Positions 35,947 to 45,562 of a stretch of 64,000 nt of DNA are shown piece by piece; the stretch's first letter is position 1; every line of letters starts with the position of its first letter. A model generated the notes under the pieces. It was not told the origin of the DNA. It saw only the letters and a list, made by a program, of their open reading frames with translations, and searched no databases. The position numbers and the translations under genes are program-made. The DNA comes from a virus (Duplodnaviria > Caudoviricetes), in the IMG/VR virus record IMGVR_UViG_3300011116_001234, positions 2,212-66,211 of that record. The stretch is one strand, 5' to 3'.

Positions 35947-37470
35947 ATGAAACTAAAAGATTTGTTGTTTATAACTGAAAACAACGAAGAAGAAATTGCT
36001 AGTATCGTTTTTGGAGACGATAACTCTATTGATCCAGAAGATGTACGGGATACTAAAACAACTGAAATAAAATCAGTCAAAGTTGCTGTTCCTGAAATTC
36101 CAAATCCTTCAAAGGAAATTATTTCAATTGGCAATTTAACCGCCGATACAGATCAAATTGAATCTCTAAAAGAATCCAGAATCAAAGATGACAATAAAAA
36201 GGAAGAACTTTTTCAAAGCATTTTATCATTAGCTCAAGATAATTCTGGAGCCCGGATTTTTGAAGAACAGAAATCTAGTAAAAAAGGTTTTTTTAGAATT
36301 AAACCAGTTGAAAATCTTAAAAAAGACCTCATTAGTCGAAAAATAACAAAACAAAAATTTCTTGAAATTTTAAGACAAGCAAAAGAAAAAATGTTTGAGG
36401 GTTTAATTGTAAAAGAATTTGAGAAAGGACATCCAGAAGGAGGCAGTGGAACTTTTTCAACATATTCTATAACAGATCTTTCCTCTAATGTTGAAAATAC
36501 TATTAAGATTGTTATTGCGTCTGGTGGCAATAAGGGCCATGACTTTGAAAAAGAAGTAAAAATGTCAATTCAAAATCAATCAGGACTAATTTGGGATAAT
36601 TTAATGTGCTTTCTTATAGAAAAAGGAAAGATTGAAAGTATCAATGATATTGAAGATTATTCTGTTGTAACAACAGCCCATCAAATTAAAAGACCATTTA
36701 GTAACAAAATTCAAAATATTGGAAGCTTAGTTTCAGATTTAACTTTTAATCTTAAAGATGGAAATTTTATATATGTTAGTCTAAAAGGTGAAAGAGGAAC
36801 TACTTTCTCCAATACCGGATATTCAGGAGTTTTTAAAATAGAAAAAATCATAGAAAATGGAGAACCAGCAATCAAAATAAATACATTTAAATCTTCTAGT
36901 AATGCTGGTTTATTTCTTGATTCATTAGGAGTTGATTTGAATAAAATCGCAAGAGGTTTTGAAGCATATGGAAACAGTTTACTTCAAAATGGAATAAAAT
37001 ATCCATACAAATCAATTGTGGAACCTATAGATAAATCTAAAGGAGCTGATTCTTTAGATTATTTGGCTTCTCAGCTTGGTTATGGATACGTTTATTTTAG
37101 ACGACGAAAATCTGGAGGTTATAGAATACTTGATCTAAACTCAGAGCAGACAACTAGAGACGTTTTTGGCGAATTTATTTCAGGCAATATTAGATATCCT
37201 TTTTATGAAAATGAAAACAGTAAAAGTAAACAATGTACAATTAGAATTAATACATCTACGGCAGATTATTACGTAGAAATAAGAGGGACGCAAGGTTTAA
37301 CTGGACCATTTGATTTCTTAAGTGGTTTACAATGTAATGTAAGTGTTATTAATATTAAAACAGAAGATTTTAAATGTGATACACCAGATTGGAGAGAAAG
37401 GTTGATTGGGGTAATTCCAGTACAAGAATCAAAAACAGATACTTTAAATTTAAAAAATTGGCTCTATTAA
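35947..37470 (+). CDS. Tagged AT-rich protein with possible PD-(D/E)XK nuclease core
   Basis: MKLKDLLFITE; NKGHDFE...SDL...YVSLK. Confidence 0.7.
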   Translation: MKLKDLLFITENNEEEIASIVFGDDNSIDPEDVRDTKTTEIKSVKVAVPEIPNPSKEIISIGNLTADTDQIESLKESRIKDDNKKEELFQSILSLAQDNSGARIFEEQKSSKKGFFRIKPVENLKKDLISRKITKQKFLEILRQAKEKMFEGLIVKEFEKGHPEGGSGTFSTYSITDLSSNVENTIKIVIASGGNKGHDFEKEVKMSIQNQSGLIWDNLMCFLIEKGKIESINDIEDYSVVTTAHQIKRPFSNKIQNIGSLVSDLTFNLKDGNFIYVSLKGERGTTFSNTGYSGVFKIEKIIENGEPAIKINTFKSSSNAGLFLDSLGVDLNKIARGFEAYGNSLLQNGIKYPYKSIVEPIDKSKGADSLDYLASQLGYGYVYFRRRKSGGYRILDLNSEQTTRDVFGEFISGNIRYPFYENENSKSKQCTIRINTSTADYYVEIRGTQGLTGPFDFLSGLQCNVSVINIKTEDFKCDTPDWRERLIGVIPVQESKTDTLNLKNWLY

Positions 37471-38393
37471 TCAATTCCATTTCTGAGTTTTAGAACTGCC
37501 AAATTTTTCATCTTGGCTTCTACGTCAACATCAATTAAATCATTAATCAATCCATCACGCTGACAATCTGGAACATAATGAATATACTGGCTGTGTTTAC
37601 GACGTTCTGTAAATGATCCACCCTCTGACCCGTCCTCGGTATTTGAGAGGTGCTGTAGAGGCTTACAAGCGGTGTTACGCCATGTGAATAGCGACAAACC
37701 ATAAGCGTCGTCAAGAGACAAGCCGCCGTCGTTAAAGCTGTGGTGATGGCTATCCCAACAAATTGGTACACCTGTTGCTTCGTAAGCAGGTAGCAAATCT
37801 ATAAGGCTGTAACAACTTTCATCATTTTCGAGTGTAAGCCTATTGCGTGCATTGTTTGGTAGAGAACAAATACCATCAATAAGTTGCGCCATCCGATCAC
37901 GCTTCCCACCATGAATATTAATGGCTGCATTTGGAGAAACTGGAAGCCCCATCTGATCAAATACCCAAGCATGATTTGTAAGTTCACGAATCGCATTTTG
38001 CACAGTTTCTTTGTTATCACTAGATAGTACGGTAAACTGACCGGGATGCGTTGTTACACGAATACCAGAAGATACAAAAGCATTACCAACTTGACGAAGC
38101 AAACCAACAAGCACCTCGTCATCCTTGATCATACCTTCATTAAACTCAAAAAGAGGAAGTAGACCGCTAGACAAACGGAATGAACGAATATTGTTTGCAA
38201 CAAGCTTAGGAATGAGACGAATAATCTCTCGCACGTTGTTACGATAAACATCACGAATAACAGCGGTACTATATGCACCGCTCTTAAACCTACCTAGTTG
38301 CAAGGTACGTTCATCGATAGAGTTGATGTGTTCTACAGAACCGTCACGCTTTGTATACGGCTCCAACCATTGGCAGCATACGCCTAGACTCAT
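37467..38393 (-). CDS. uvsE: UV damage endonuclease
   Basis: FRLSS, HPGQF, INIHGG, LTLENDE, DSHHH, EAK. Confidence 0.93.
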   Translation of the reverse strand: MSLGVCCQWLEPYTKRDGSVEHINSIDERTLQLGRFKSGAYSTAVIRDVYRNNVREIIRLIPKLVANNIRSFRLSSGLLPLFEFNEGMIKDDEVLVGLLRQVGNAFVSSGIRVTTHPGQFTVLSSDNKETVQNAIRELTNHAWVFDQMGLPVSPNAAINIHGGKRDRMAQLIDGICSLPNNARNRLTLENDESCYSLIDLLPAYEATGVPICWDSHHHSFNDGGLSLDDAYGLSLFTWRNTACKPLQHLSNTEDGSEGGSFTERRKHSQYIHYVPDCQRDGLINDLIDVDVEAKMKNLAVLKLRNGID

Positions 38394-38437
38394 ATCTAGA
38401 ACATACTACTTGGCGTTGAGAAAGTAAAATAATATTT

Positions 38438-38917
38438 TTACATTGCGTTGCATGACGCAGGGGCAGCCATGCAAAGGTTTTGATGCTGATGTTCAATACG
38501 TGAACGCAAACGGTCAACCACTCGCAAAGCTGCTCTGGAATATGAAGAACCAGATGGGGTTGGACGACATAGACCTGTGCGAAATCTACGTGCAGCACCT
38601 TCCCAAGTTCCACAAACTTCATAACCATGCCAAAGGGCTGTAGCTGCTTGAAGAGGAGTTCCTGCGGTATGACGTTGGGTTGGAGAGATTGGAGCTCCCC
38701 AGTTGCCTCCCTCGCCAGAATCGCATCCAAGATGGGTTTCCATGAAACCTACTGCTGCAATCATTTCCATTGGCATTTCTGGATAACGTTCTTGGGATGC
38801 AACGAGAACTTGTTCGATTTGTTCTCTGTGGTTGATAATGCATTGACGATTGTTACCGGACATATAAGGGTAAACTGCTAGAATGGCAGTTACAATATCT
38901 GCTGCTGAAATCATCAT
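38438..38917 (-). CDS. Possible lysozyme/transglycosylase-like protein
   Basis: IAAVGFMET resembles the catalytic Glu helix; weak. Confidence 0.55.
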   Translation of the reverse strand: MMISAADIVTAILAVYPYMSGNNRQCIINHREQIEQVLVASQERYPEMPMEMIAAVGFMETHLGCDSGEGGNWGAPISPTQRHTAGTPLQAATALWHGYEVCGTWEGAARRFRTGLCRPTPSGSSYSRAALRVVDRLRSRIEHQHQNLCMAAPASCNAM

Positions 38918-39129
38918 TCTTTTCCTTTGTTTATCGATTTCTAGCGTAACATACGCTTTTTAAAATCGAAAGCCATATTGGCTACATATATATAGTGCTC
39001 TCAAAATCAAACTTCTTTTTGGCCTCTACAGCTATATAACGAGGATTTTTTGGCAAGATTTGTTTGGGGGGGGGTTCTATATATTGTTATTGGGTAAAGT
39101 GTAGATCCCAGCACAAGGAGAAATATTTT

Positions 39130-39516
39130 ATGAGATTAACAGTAAGACAACTAAAAGGTTTGATTAGAGAAGCGATGGAAGATGCCACCTCTGGTGGTTT
39201 TGCCTTGTTTCTTGGCCATAGTAGCACAAATATTAGTGATATTGTGGGCGTGTTTGAAACAAGAGCAGAAGCAGAAGCAGCAAAACAAAAATGCGGTGGT
39301 GCTGGCATTATTGTAAAAGCACCAATCAACCCATCAGACGAACAAATCGCTGCCCACCTTGAAGATAAAGGTCACTTCAAAGCAGCAATGAAGCTCAAAG
39401 GTGATACCGAAGGTTTGGCATCATGGGAAAAAACGGAAGCCGAAAGATACGCCGCTGGAGAAGCTTATAGAGCAAATCTAGCAGCTAAGAGAGCAGCTAG
39501 AGCAGCAAAACGCTAA
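39130..39516 (+). CDS. Hypothetical protein with LKGLIRE tag
   Basis: AAGGAG upstream, terminator downstream. Confidence 0.8.
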   Translation: MRLTVRQLKGLIREAMEDATSGGFALFLGHSSTNISDIVGVFETRAEAEAAKQKCGGAGIIVKAPINPSDEQIAAHLEDKGHFKAAMKLKGDTEGLASWEKTEAERYAAGEAYRANLAAKRAARAAKR

Positions 39517-39541
39517 ACAATACTCTATAAAAGAAAATAAC

Positions 39542-39574
39542 AAAGGCACCAAGGTTATCCCTTTGGTGCCTTTT
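39542..39574. terminator. Bidirectional terminator
   Basis: AAAGGCACCAA...TTGGTGCCTTTT. Confidence 0.85.
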
Positions 39575-39584
39575 CTGTTTTATT

Positions 39585-39635
39585 TGGAGCCGAGTGTGAG
39601 ATTCGAACTCACGGTGTTTATATTCCAGTTACCAA
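39585..39635 (-). pseudogene. 3' half of tRNA-Thr(GGT)
   Basis: TTGGTAA CTGGA...GTGAG TTCGAAT CTCAC ACTCGGC T CCA. Confidence 0.8.
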
Positions 39636-40168
39636 TTTTTACCTTGCCGATAACGTTCCATACGTTTAGAACGTCCGTTTCCTTTGTTTAGATTGCGATA
39701 ATTTGGTGTAAGAGAATGATGATTTGGACAAAGCAATTCTAGATTAGATGCTTCTTTATTATCAGCGTTTCCATCGATATGATTTAGTTCAATAGGCACA
39801 GTGCCAGTTATCGGATGAACTTCGCACCAACCACAATTCTCTCTCATACATTTTGCTCCATATAAGTTTATGAGATGCCTACGTAAAGCAGGATTTGATA
39901 ACTTCAACAAGTCATCTTTTGTTCTGGTGTTCTTTACGAAATTTTGCTGACATTTATTGTCACAATAAACTTTTTTATTGTGACTCAGTTCACTCTTACA
40001 AAAGAGACAAAATTTTATCTCTTTTGGAGTGAGATTTTTATCTCTCAATCCTTTTGGGAATCTTCTTTTGCCGCTATATCTTGAAGCGCAACTTTGTTGA
40101 CAAAACTTCCTATTCTTTTCTTTTGCATTGAATGCATTCCCACATTCTAAACAGTCGAACTTATACAT
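39629..40168 (-). CDS. HNH endonuclease with N-terminal Zn fingers
   Basis: IELNHIDGN..N...SNLELLCPNHH; CTAGTTA motif upstream. Confidence 0.9.
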   Translation of the reverse strand: MYKFDCLECGNAFNAKEKNRKFCQQSCASRYSGKRRFPKGLRDKNLTPKEIKFCLFCKSELSHNKKVYCDNKCQQNFVKNTRTKDDLLKLSNPALRRHLINLYGAKCMRENCGWCEVHPITGTVPIELNHIDGNADNKEASNLELLCPNHHSLTPNYRNLNKGNGRSKRMERYRQGKNW

Positions 40169-40221
40169 AAGACCTCTTGTGATATAACTAGTGGTCTATC
40201 TGACTTAAGTAATAAGAAAAA

Positions 40222-40296
40222 TGGAGCCCACTATCCGACTTGAACGGATGACCCCCTCATTACAAGTGAGGAGCTCTACCACTGAGCTAAGTGGGC
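40222..40296 (-). tRNA. tRNA-Thr(TGT)
   Basis: Canonical cloverleaf with CCA. Confidence 0.95.
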
Positions 40297-40308
40297 TAAA
40301 AACTATAA

Positions 40309-40341
40309 AAGTGGTGCAATCGACCTCTATGCAAACCCGGC
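40309..40341 (-). pseudogene. 5' half of tRNA-Thr
   Basis: GCCGGGT pairs with ACTCGGC of the 3' half; D arm GCA TAGAGGTCGAT TGC. Confidence 0.72.
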
Positions 40342-40350
40342 TTAATGTTG

Positions 40351-40421
40351 TGGACCGTGGCAGAGTCGAACTGCCGAAAACTGGATGCAAACCAGCTATT
40401 TTCCCACTAAATTAACGGCCC
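40351..40421 (-). tRNA. tRNA-Ala(TGC)
   Basis: G3:U70 pair, TTTGCAT loop. Confidence 0.88.
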
Positions 40422-40501
40422 AACAAAGGAGAAGCTTTTTGTTTCGACAGCGTAATGGCTGGTTTCCAGCTTCCCCTTTATGTATCATCTAAGTAGTGTG
40501 A

Positions 40502-40834
40502 TCAGAATGATTCTGCTCGTTCTTGTAGTCTTTGTGTAATAGATTCGACAGCTTCGTTTAGTGTTGCATCACTTCCATGAAGACGATAATTACTCCAACC
40601 ATCTGTTAGACAACGATATTCATAAGTTGTTAGCTGTGGACTAATTTCTTGTAGAAGATGAACAGCTTCAATCTCGTTGCTATGATTTACAGTTTCCCAA
40701 GTAGAATGCCGTGCTCGGATACAGAAACGTCCAAGAATTTCTAGAAGGTTCCGATCTGTTTCGGAGAGCTTGCCAGTATTGCGAGTCGAACGAGCTACGG
40801 ATGCAGACTTTGTTGCCATTTTTTTATCTTTCAA
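40502..40834 (-). CDS. Hypothetical protein
   Basis: ORF; start uncertain. Confidence 0.6.
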   Translation of the reverse strand: MKDKKMATKSASVARSTRNTGKLSETDRNLLEILGRFCIRARHSTWETVNHSNEIEAVHLLQEISPQLTTYEYRCLTDGWSNYRLHGSDATLNEAVESITQRLQERAESF

Positions 40835-40919
40835 TCAAGAGTTAAAGTTAGGTAGCCGTCATCAGCTACAGATACAATCTAACACACATAGTTTTGAAAA
40901 TAAAACAATATCTATCCGT

Positions 40920-41972
40920 ATGCTAAAAAATCTTAAAATCCTTTGGGAAAGCCTACTAGAAGGCGGTTGGGATACTGCCGCCACGCAATCTACCGTCATT
41001 CGTCCATCTACTGTTAAAAAAGCTCTTGATATAGCTAAAACTTTGATTGATGGCTTCAACTCCTTTTTAGATGAAAAAGGAATTCCACACGTTAGAATTG
41101 GAACACCTCTTGGTAGCTCCACTTATCACGAAGTAGACCCAGAAGATAAAATCTATGGAGATATCGACTTACAACTTGTTGTTCCAGAACTACCAGAGCA
41201 TAATAAACTAACGGTTAGTCAAGTTCAAGGTTACTGGGGCGGACTGTTAAAAGAATACACAACTCAAGCTAATCTTGATTTTGTTCATAAAGACTCTGAA
41301 TCCGGTCATCCAATTCTAAAGATTGGTGAAGATCAATGGGTCCAAGTAGACATGATTATTCATCAAGAATCTTTAGAGCGTTGGGGCAGATATCGTGCAA
41401 CACCAGAAAGAGGCGTTAAAGGTCTTTTGATGGGTAACATGTTTTCTACTCTTGGCTCTCTCCTTGATATGAGTATTCAACATGCTGGAGCTCAATATAA
41501 GCTAGGAACTAAAGATCAAACAAGAAAACCATATGCAACCACTCGTAAAGATTATGAGATGGTAACTGTCACATCCGATCCAGAGAACTTCGTTAAAAAT
41601 ATCTTTGATCACGAATATCAACAAATAACAGGAAAAGATCCAAGAACGGCAAGAGTTGATAAAGCTCTTCTTCAAAACCCTGGTGTTGATGTGGAGAATA
41701 TCAAGGTTGCTACCTTAGTTAAAGCTGTGAAAGGTTTAGCTGTAAGTTTTGCTATGAACAACATGTACGGCAAAGGTTCTCTTGCCAAATACAATTCGCT
41801 AGAACAATTCTTGTCTGAATTTATGCGGGTTTATGAAGGTAAAGCTGAGAAGGATATTAACTCAGCTAAGAGAGATAAGGCAACAACTCCAGAAGCTATT
41901 GCCAGAGCAGAGAGCGACAGAGAAAAAGTTCGCTCAGGTTTAGAGATGATCAAAGGACTTTTTAGCAGTTAG
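40920..41972 (+). CDS. Pol-beta-superfamily nucleotidyltransferase-like protein with N-terminal tag
   Basis: MLKNLKILWESLLEGG; LGSS...YGDIDL; VQVD. Confidence 0.75.
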   Translation: MLKNLKILWESLLEGGWDTAATQSTVIRPSTVKKALDIAKTLIDGFNSFLDEKGIPHVRIGTPLGSSTYHEVDPEDKIYGDIDLQLVVPELPEHNKLTVSQVQGYWGGLLKEYTTQANLDFVHKDSESGHPILKIGEDQWVQVDMIIHQESLERWGRYRATPERGVKGLLMGNMFSTLGSLLDMSIQHAGAQYKLGTKDQTRKPYATTRKDYEMVTVTSDPENFVKNIFDHEYQQITGKDPRTARVDKALLQNPGVDVENIKVATLVKAVKGLAVSFAMNNMYGKGSLAKYNSLEQFLSEFMRVYEGKAEKDINSAKRDKATTPEAIARAESDREKVRSGLEMIKGLFSS

Positions 41973-41996
41973 TATTTATTACTAGGAGATTACAAC

Positions 41997-42218
41997 ATGC
42001 ATATAACAGTAGAACAATTAAAAGAACTTATTAAGGAATCTGTTCAAGAAATCCTTCAAGAAAAAAAGGTTGGCAAAGGTTCAAGTGAAAAGATGCGTAA
42101 ACTTGCAGCAGTAGCCCATCCAGAAGATGAGCTAGATGCTGAAGATTTTAAAGAATTGGGAAGAAGAAGCAAAGCAAAGGCTGAATCTAAAGAAAAAACT
42201 GTAAAGAAAAAGAAGTGA
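41997..42218 (+). CDS. Small protein with LKELIKE tag
   Basis: TATTTA motif and AGGAG upstream. Confidence 0.75.
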   Translation: MHITVEQLKELIKESVQEILQEKKVGKGSSEKMRKLAAVAHPEDELDAEDFKELGRRSKAKAESKEKTVKKKK

Positions 42219-42221
42219 TCT

Positions 42222-45200
42222 TTAACAGTTAACGTTACTTTCCACTCCGTTATCATAAATTGTCAGAATATTATTTGCCGCTTCTTTGATCTCTTCAACG
42301 TGAGAGATAATCAAGATACTCTTAAACCGATTCTTAATCGTTTGAAGCAACTCAATAACTTTCGCACAGTTTGAACTATCCAAAGCTCCAAAGCTTTCAT
42401 CGATAATAAAGATATCGGGCTTAGGAAGGCTTGAGAGGCTTATTAGAGCCACACGAATAGCAAGTGAGGCAATCATCTTCTCCATGCCGCTAGCAAGCTC
42501 TATAACCCTTCTAGAGTCCTTATCCTCGATAAAAACATCCAGAGTATTGCTACCTACTTCTGTTTCTAGGAAGATACGGAATGAAACAATACCTGCAAGA
42601 ATGTTGTTTAGCTCTGCATTAATCTCAGGAAGCTTGTTCTTCAATACGTAAGCTGGGATACCGTTCTTGGAGAAGGCTTGAACGATAGAATCATATACCT
42701 TTTGCTCTTCGACAATCTTCGCAGCTTCTTGTGCTTCTTGATTAAGTTGTTCAAGTTTGTTGGTATATCCACCCAGTTTGACATAAAGCTGTTGAATCTT
42801 GTTCTCCATGTCACGGATTGTAGCTTCTAGAACACGTTCTTCTTCGATACCAGCACCTAGATCCTCTTGCTTGTTTAGCTCCTCTACAAGAGCTTCATGT
42901 TCTACTTTAGTAACTTCAAGTTCTTGTTGGAGAGATGCGATGATATCAACGCAACCTTTCATCAAAGTTTCGGAGAATGAAAGCTTTTGCTCAATGTTTT
43001 CAAGTTCTTTTTCTCGTTGATGATATGTCTTAATCTGCTCTTCAATCTTTTCCTTTTGAAGAGAATAGAAGTCTGTTTTTACAGCTTCATATACTGAGAG
43101 AATATCTTCAACAAGTTTCTTTTGAGCTTCGTGAGTAGCCTTGTCTGCATGGCTATCCTTGATATAGTGACAAGTTGGAAAGTTATCACCGCAAGGAACT
43201 ACATCAAGCTTCTTGATGCTTTTTACTTGAGCATCGAGCTTTTGTTGTTCTTTAGAAACTTCAACTTTTAGGTCGCTATAGTCTTGGCTGAGTTTTCTTA
43301 GTTTTGCTGCTTTTGTTTCAAGGTCAGCAAGTTGGATGCTTGCCATTTGATCTTTGGCAGCTTGCATACGATCACGCAAGCTATCACAAGTGTTATTATG
43401 ACTGTCAAGCTCTACTTGACGCATTGTAATCTTACCTTGAAGACGCTCGCTCTTATTAGACGCTTCTGCTACCTTGCGACGAAGATCAGCTTGTTTATCT
43501 GCACCATGTTGTTGTAGCCACCCACGAAGCTTTTCACGCTTTGTTTTCTTAGCTTCTAGTTCATCTTTTGCGGTGAGAATATCTTGGTTGCAAGAATCGA
43601 TTAAAGATTCACAATCCTTCTTAGCTTCATCCCAGTTAACAGTTTGAAACTTCTTGCTAACCGTTTTGAAACCTTGCATTTCATCGTTTGCCATCTTGTA
43701 TAGTTTTTCAAACACATCAAGATCAAGGAAACGATTAAGGATTGCCTTACGTTGTGTAGCACCTTCATCAATAAAACGGTTCATTCCGCCTTGGTTTGAA
43801 AAGGCAGTGAGCAAGAAGTCTTGTGATGTACCAATAAGCTTGCGAATAACCTTGTCGGTATCTGTTCTGGATTCACTGTTTTCAGAGACAAGTTCTACTT
43901 CTGTTCCATCGCTTTCAATACGAGATAGACAGAGTTTTGTTGCAGCCTTTTCTTCATCTACTTTACCGCCACGTTTTGAAGATTTAACAACTGTTCTTAC
44001 AACAGAATAATCTGTACCGTTTACATTGATTGTAACTTTAGCTGAACCTTCACGTTTATTCTTGTTGATGATGTAAGCACTCTTTACCGGTCCTCGGTCT
44101 GTTGTGTTGAACAACCCAAACATAAGAGAACCAACGATAGAGCTTTTGCCTACCTTGTTTGGCCCAAAGATTCCTGTGATACCGTTGAGGCCAGAGAAAT
44201 CAATACGGTTATCTTCTCCATAACGATAAAGATTAGACCATTCCATGTCCTTAATAGACCATACAACATCTCTGGCAACATCATCTTCTGATTGACGTAC
44301 CTTGTCAAGAGAAGACTGAATATGGTCTTTTGCAAGAACTTGCTGTTGTTCTGTTAGAGCAATCTTATAATCCTTTTGAATGAAAGATTCATATAGCTCT
44401 GATAGAACTTCTGGAGTGTTTCGTAGGCTTGAGGTTTTTTGATGTGTTTCATGGTCTGCACCAGACTCAGAAACAACTTCATCTTCTGCCTTAAACACTA
44501 CTTCAAACGCTTTGTATTTGTTTTTTAGTTCATCATACAGTTCTTTTTTCTGTAGATCAAAGATAGTCTGATTAGATGAAATCCTGATGCGTTTATGAAG
44601 AAGTTTTCTTCCTGAAATTTTAAGAGCTTCTTCGATTGTATCAGCAATAGAACTTTGCCACTTGATTGTCAAAAACTGATAATCGTTTTCGATTTGATGA
44701 AAGGTTACATCCCAATCGTCATTTGATCGAATATCCCAAACATGATAACCTTTGACTGTATCTTCACCATAGTTTTGTTGGACTAGCGAGCCGGGATAGC
44801 CAATCCAAGGCTTCATGTCTCCTGTAACACCATTATGGCTTCTGTATCCAAGAAATTGTTCTTTGTGAATGTCTCCGAGAAGAGCAAAATCAAAACGTTC
44901 GAACATGGAGATTTCAGCTTCTCCATGAGTCATAACCCAATCGCTATCTGTTGCACAGCCTCTTACAGAACCATGGAACATAGCAACATTGATTAGATCA
45001 TGATCTGTTTGAACATCATTCCATCCGGCTTCGTCAAAACAAGAAAGAATACAAAGATTGATCAGAGTGCCTGGGATGATATGATTTCCACTCTTTTTGA
45101 AGAGTGTGATACGTGGATCATTCATTGCTGTGATGATTGGAGAGATAGTATCCTGACGGTTATCGTTTGTTAAGTTTCCATCATGGTTGCCAAGAATAGA

Positions 45201-45440
45201 ATACACTGGAGCAATGGATGCAAGTTCTTTAAACATCCATGTAATCTTATCAATTACTTCGGGTGTGATACCTTGGGTCTTAGTATGGAAAATATCTCCA
45301 CCACAAAGAATATAATCAGGTTTAACTTCTTCACGCAATTCAGTAAAGAGTCGATTAAACACTTGAGTATATTCGTCGTGGCGTGTGATACCTCGCCAAT
45401 GTACATCCGACAAAAAACACAAACGATAACCTTTTTTCAT
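42222..45440 (-). CDS. Fused SbcD/Mre11 nuclease - SbcC/Rad50 ATPase
   Basis: SDVH, GDIFH, GNHD, GDIH; GPNKVGKS, coiled coil, ASGME, IIDE, ISH. Confidence 0.94.
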   Translation of the reverse strand: MKKGYRLCFLSDVHWRGITRHDEYTQVFNRLFTELREEVKPDYILCGGDIFHTKTQGITPEVIDKITWMFKELASIAPVYSILGNHDGNLTNDNRQDTISPIITAMNDPRITLFKKSGNHIIPGTLINLCILSCFDEAGWNDVQTDHDLINVAMFHGSVRGCATDSDWVMTHGEAEISMFERFDFALLGDIHKEQFLGYRSHNGVTGDMKPWIGYPGSLVQQNYGEDTVKGYHVWDIRSNDDWDVTFHQIENDYQFLTIKWQSSIADTIEEALKISGRKLLHKRIRISSNQTIFDLQKKELYDELKNKYKAFEVVFKAEDEVVSESGADHETHQKTSSLRNTPEVLSELYESFIQKDYKIALTEQQQVLAKDHIQSSLDKVRQSEDDVARDVVWSIKDMEWSNLYRYGEDNRIDFSGLNGITGIFGPNKVGKSSIVGSLMFGLFNTTDRGPVKSAYIINKNKREGSAKVTINVNGTDYSVVRTVVKSSKRGGKVDEEKAATKLCLSRIESDGTEVELVSENSESRTDTDKVIRKLIGTSQDFLLTAFSNQGGMNRFIDEGATQRKAILNRFLDLDVFEKLYKMANDEMQGFKTVSKKFQTVNWDEAKKDCESLIDSCNQDILTAKDELEAKKTKREKLRGWLQQHGADKQADLRRKVAEASNKSERLQGKITMRQVELDSHNNTCDSLRDRMQAAKDQMASIQLADLETKAAKLRKLSQDYSDLKVEVSKEQQKLDAQVKSIKKLDVVPCGDNFPTCHYIKDSHADKATHEAQKKLVEDILSVYEAVKTDFYSLQKEKIEEQIKTYHQREKELENIEQKLSFSETLMKGCVDIIASLQQELEVTKVEHEALVEELNKQEDLGAGIEEERVLEATIRDMENKIQQLYVKLGGYTNKLEQLNQEAQEAAKIVEEQKVYDSIVQAFSKNGIPAYVLKNKLPEINAELNNILAGIVSFRIFLETEVGSNTLDVFIEDKDSRRVIELASGMEKMIASLAIRVALISLSSLPKPDIFIIDESFGALDSSNCAKVIELLQTIKNRFKSILIISHVEEIKEAANNILTIYDNGVESNVNC

Positions 45441-45562
45441 TTTTCTAGATCCTTTTCATACAAAACTCGAACATATCCGACACGAACACAAATTTAGTCA
45501 TGGTATTACTTCTCCAGCTATAGATTAACAATGAAAATAGGGAAAGTAAACTATTTACTTTC

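Noticed and set aside
39636-40308. Insert in tRNA-Thr as a group I intron
   Set aside because: No group I core recognisable; the HNH ORF runs to the junction and a whole tRNA fills most of the rest.
40351-40421. tRNA-Cys(GCA)
   Set aside because: The 7-nt loop centres on TGC and G3:U70 marks Ala.
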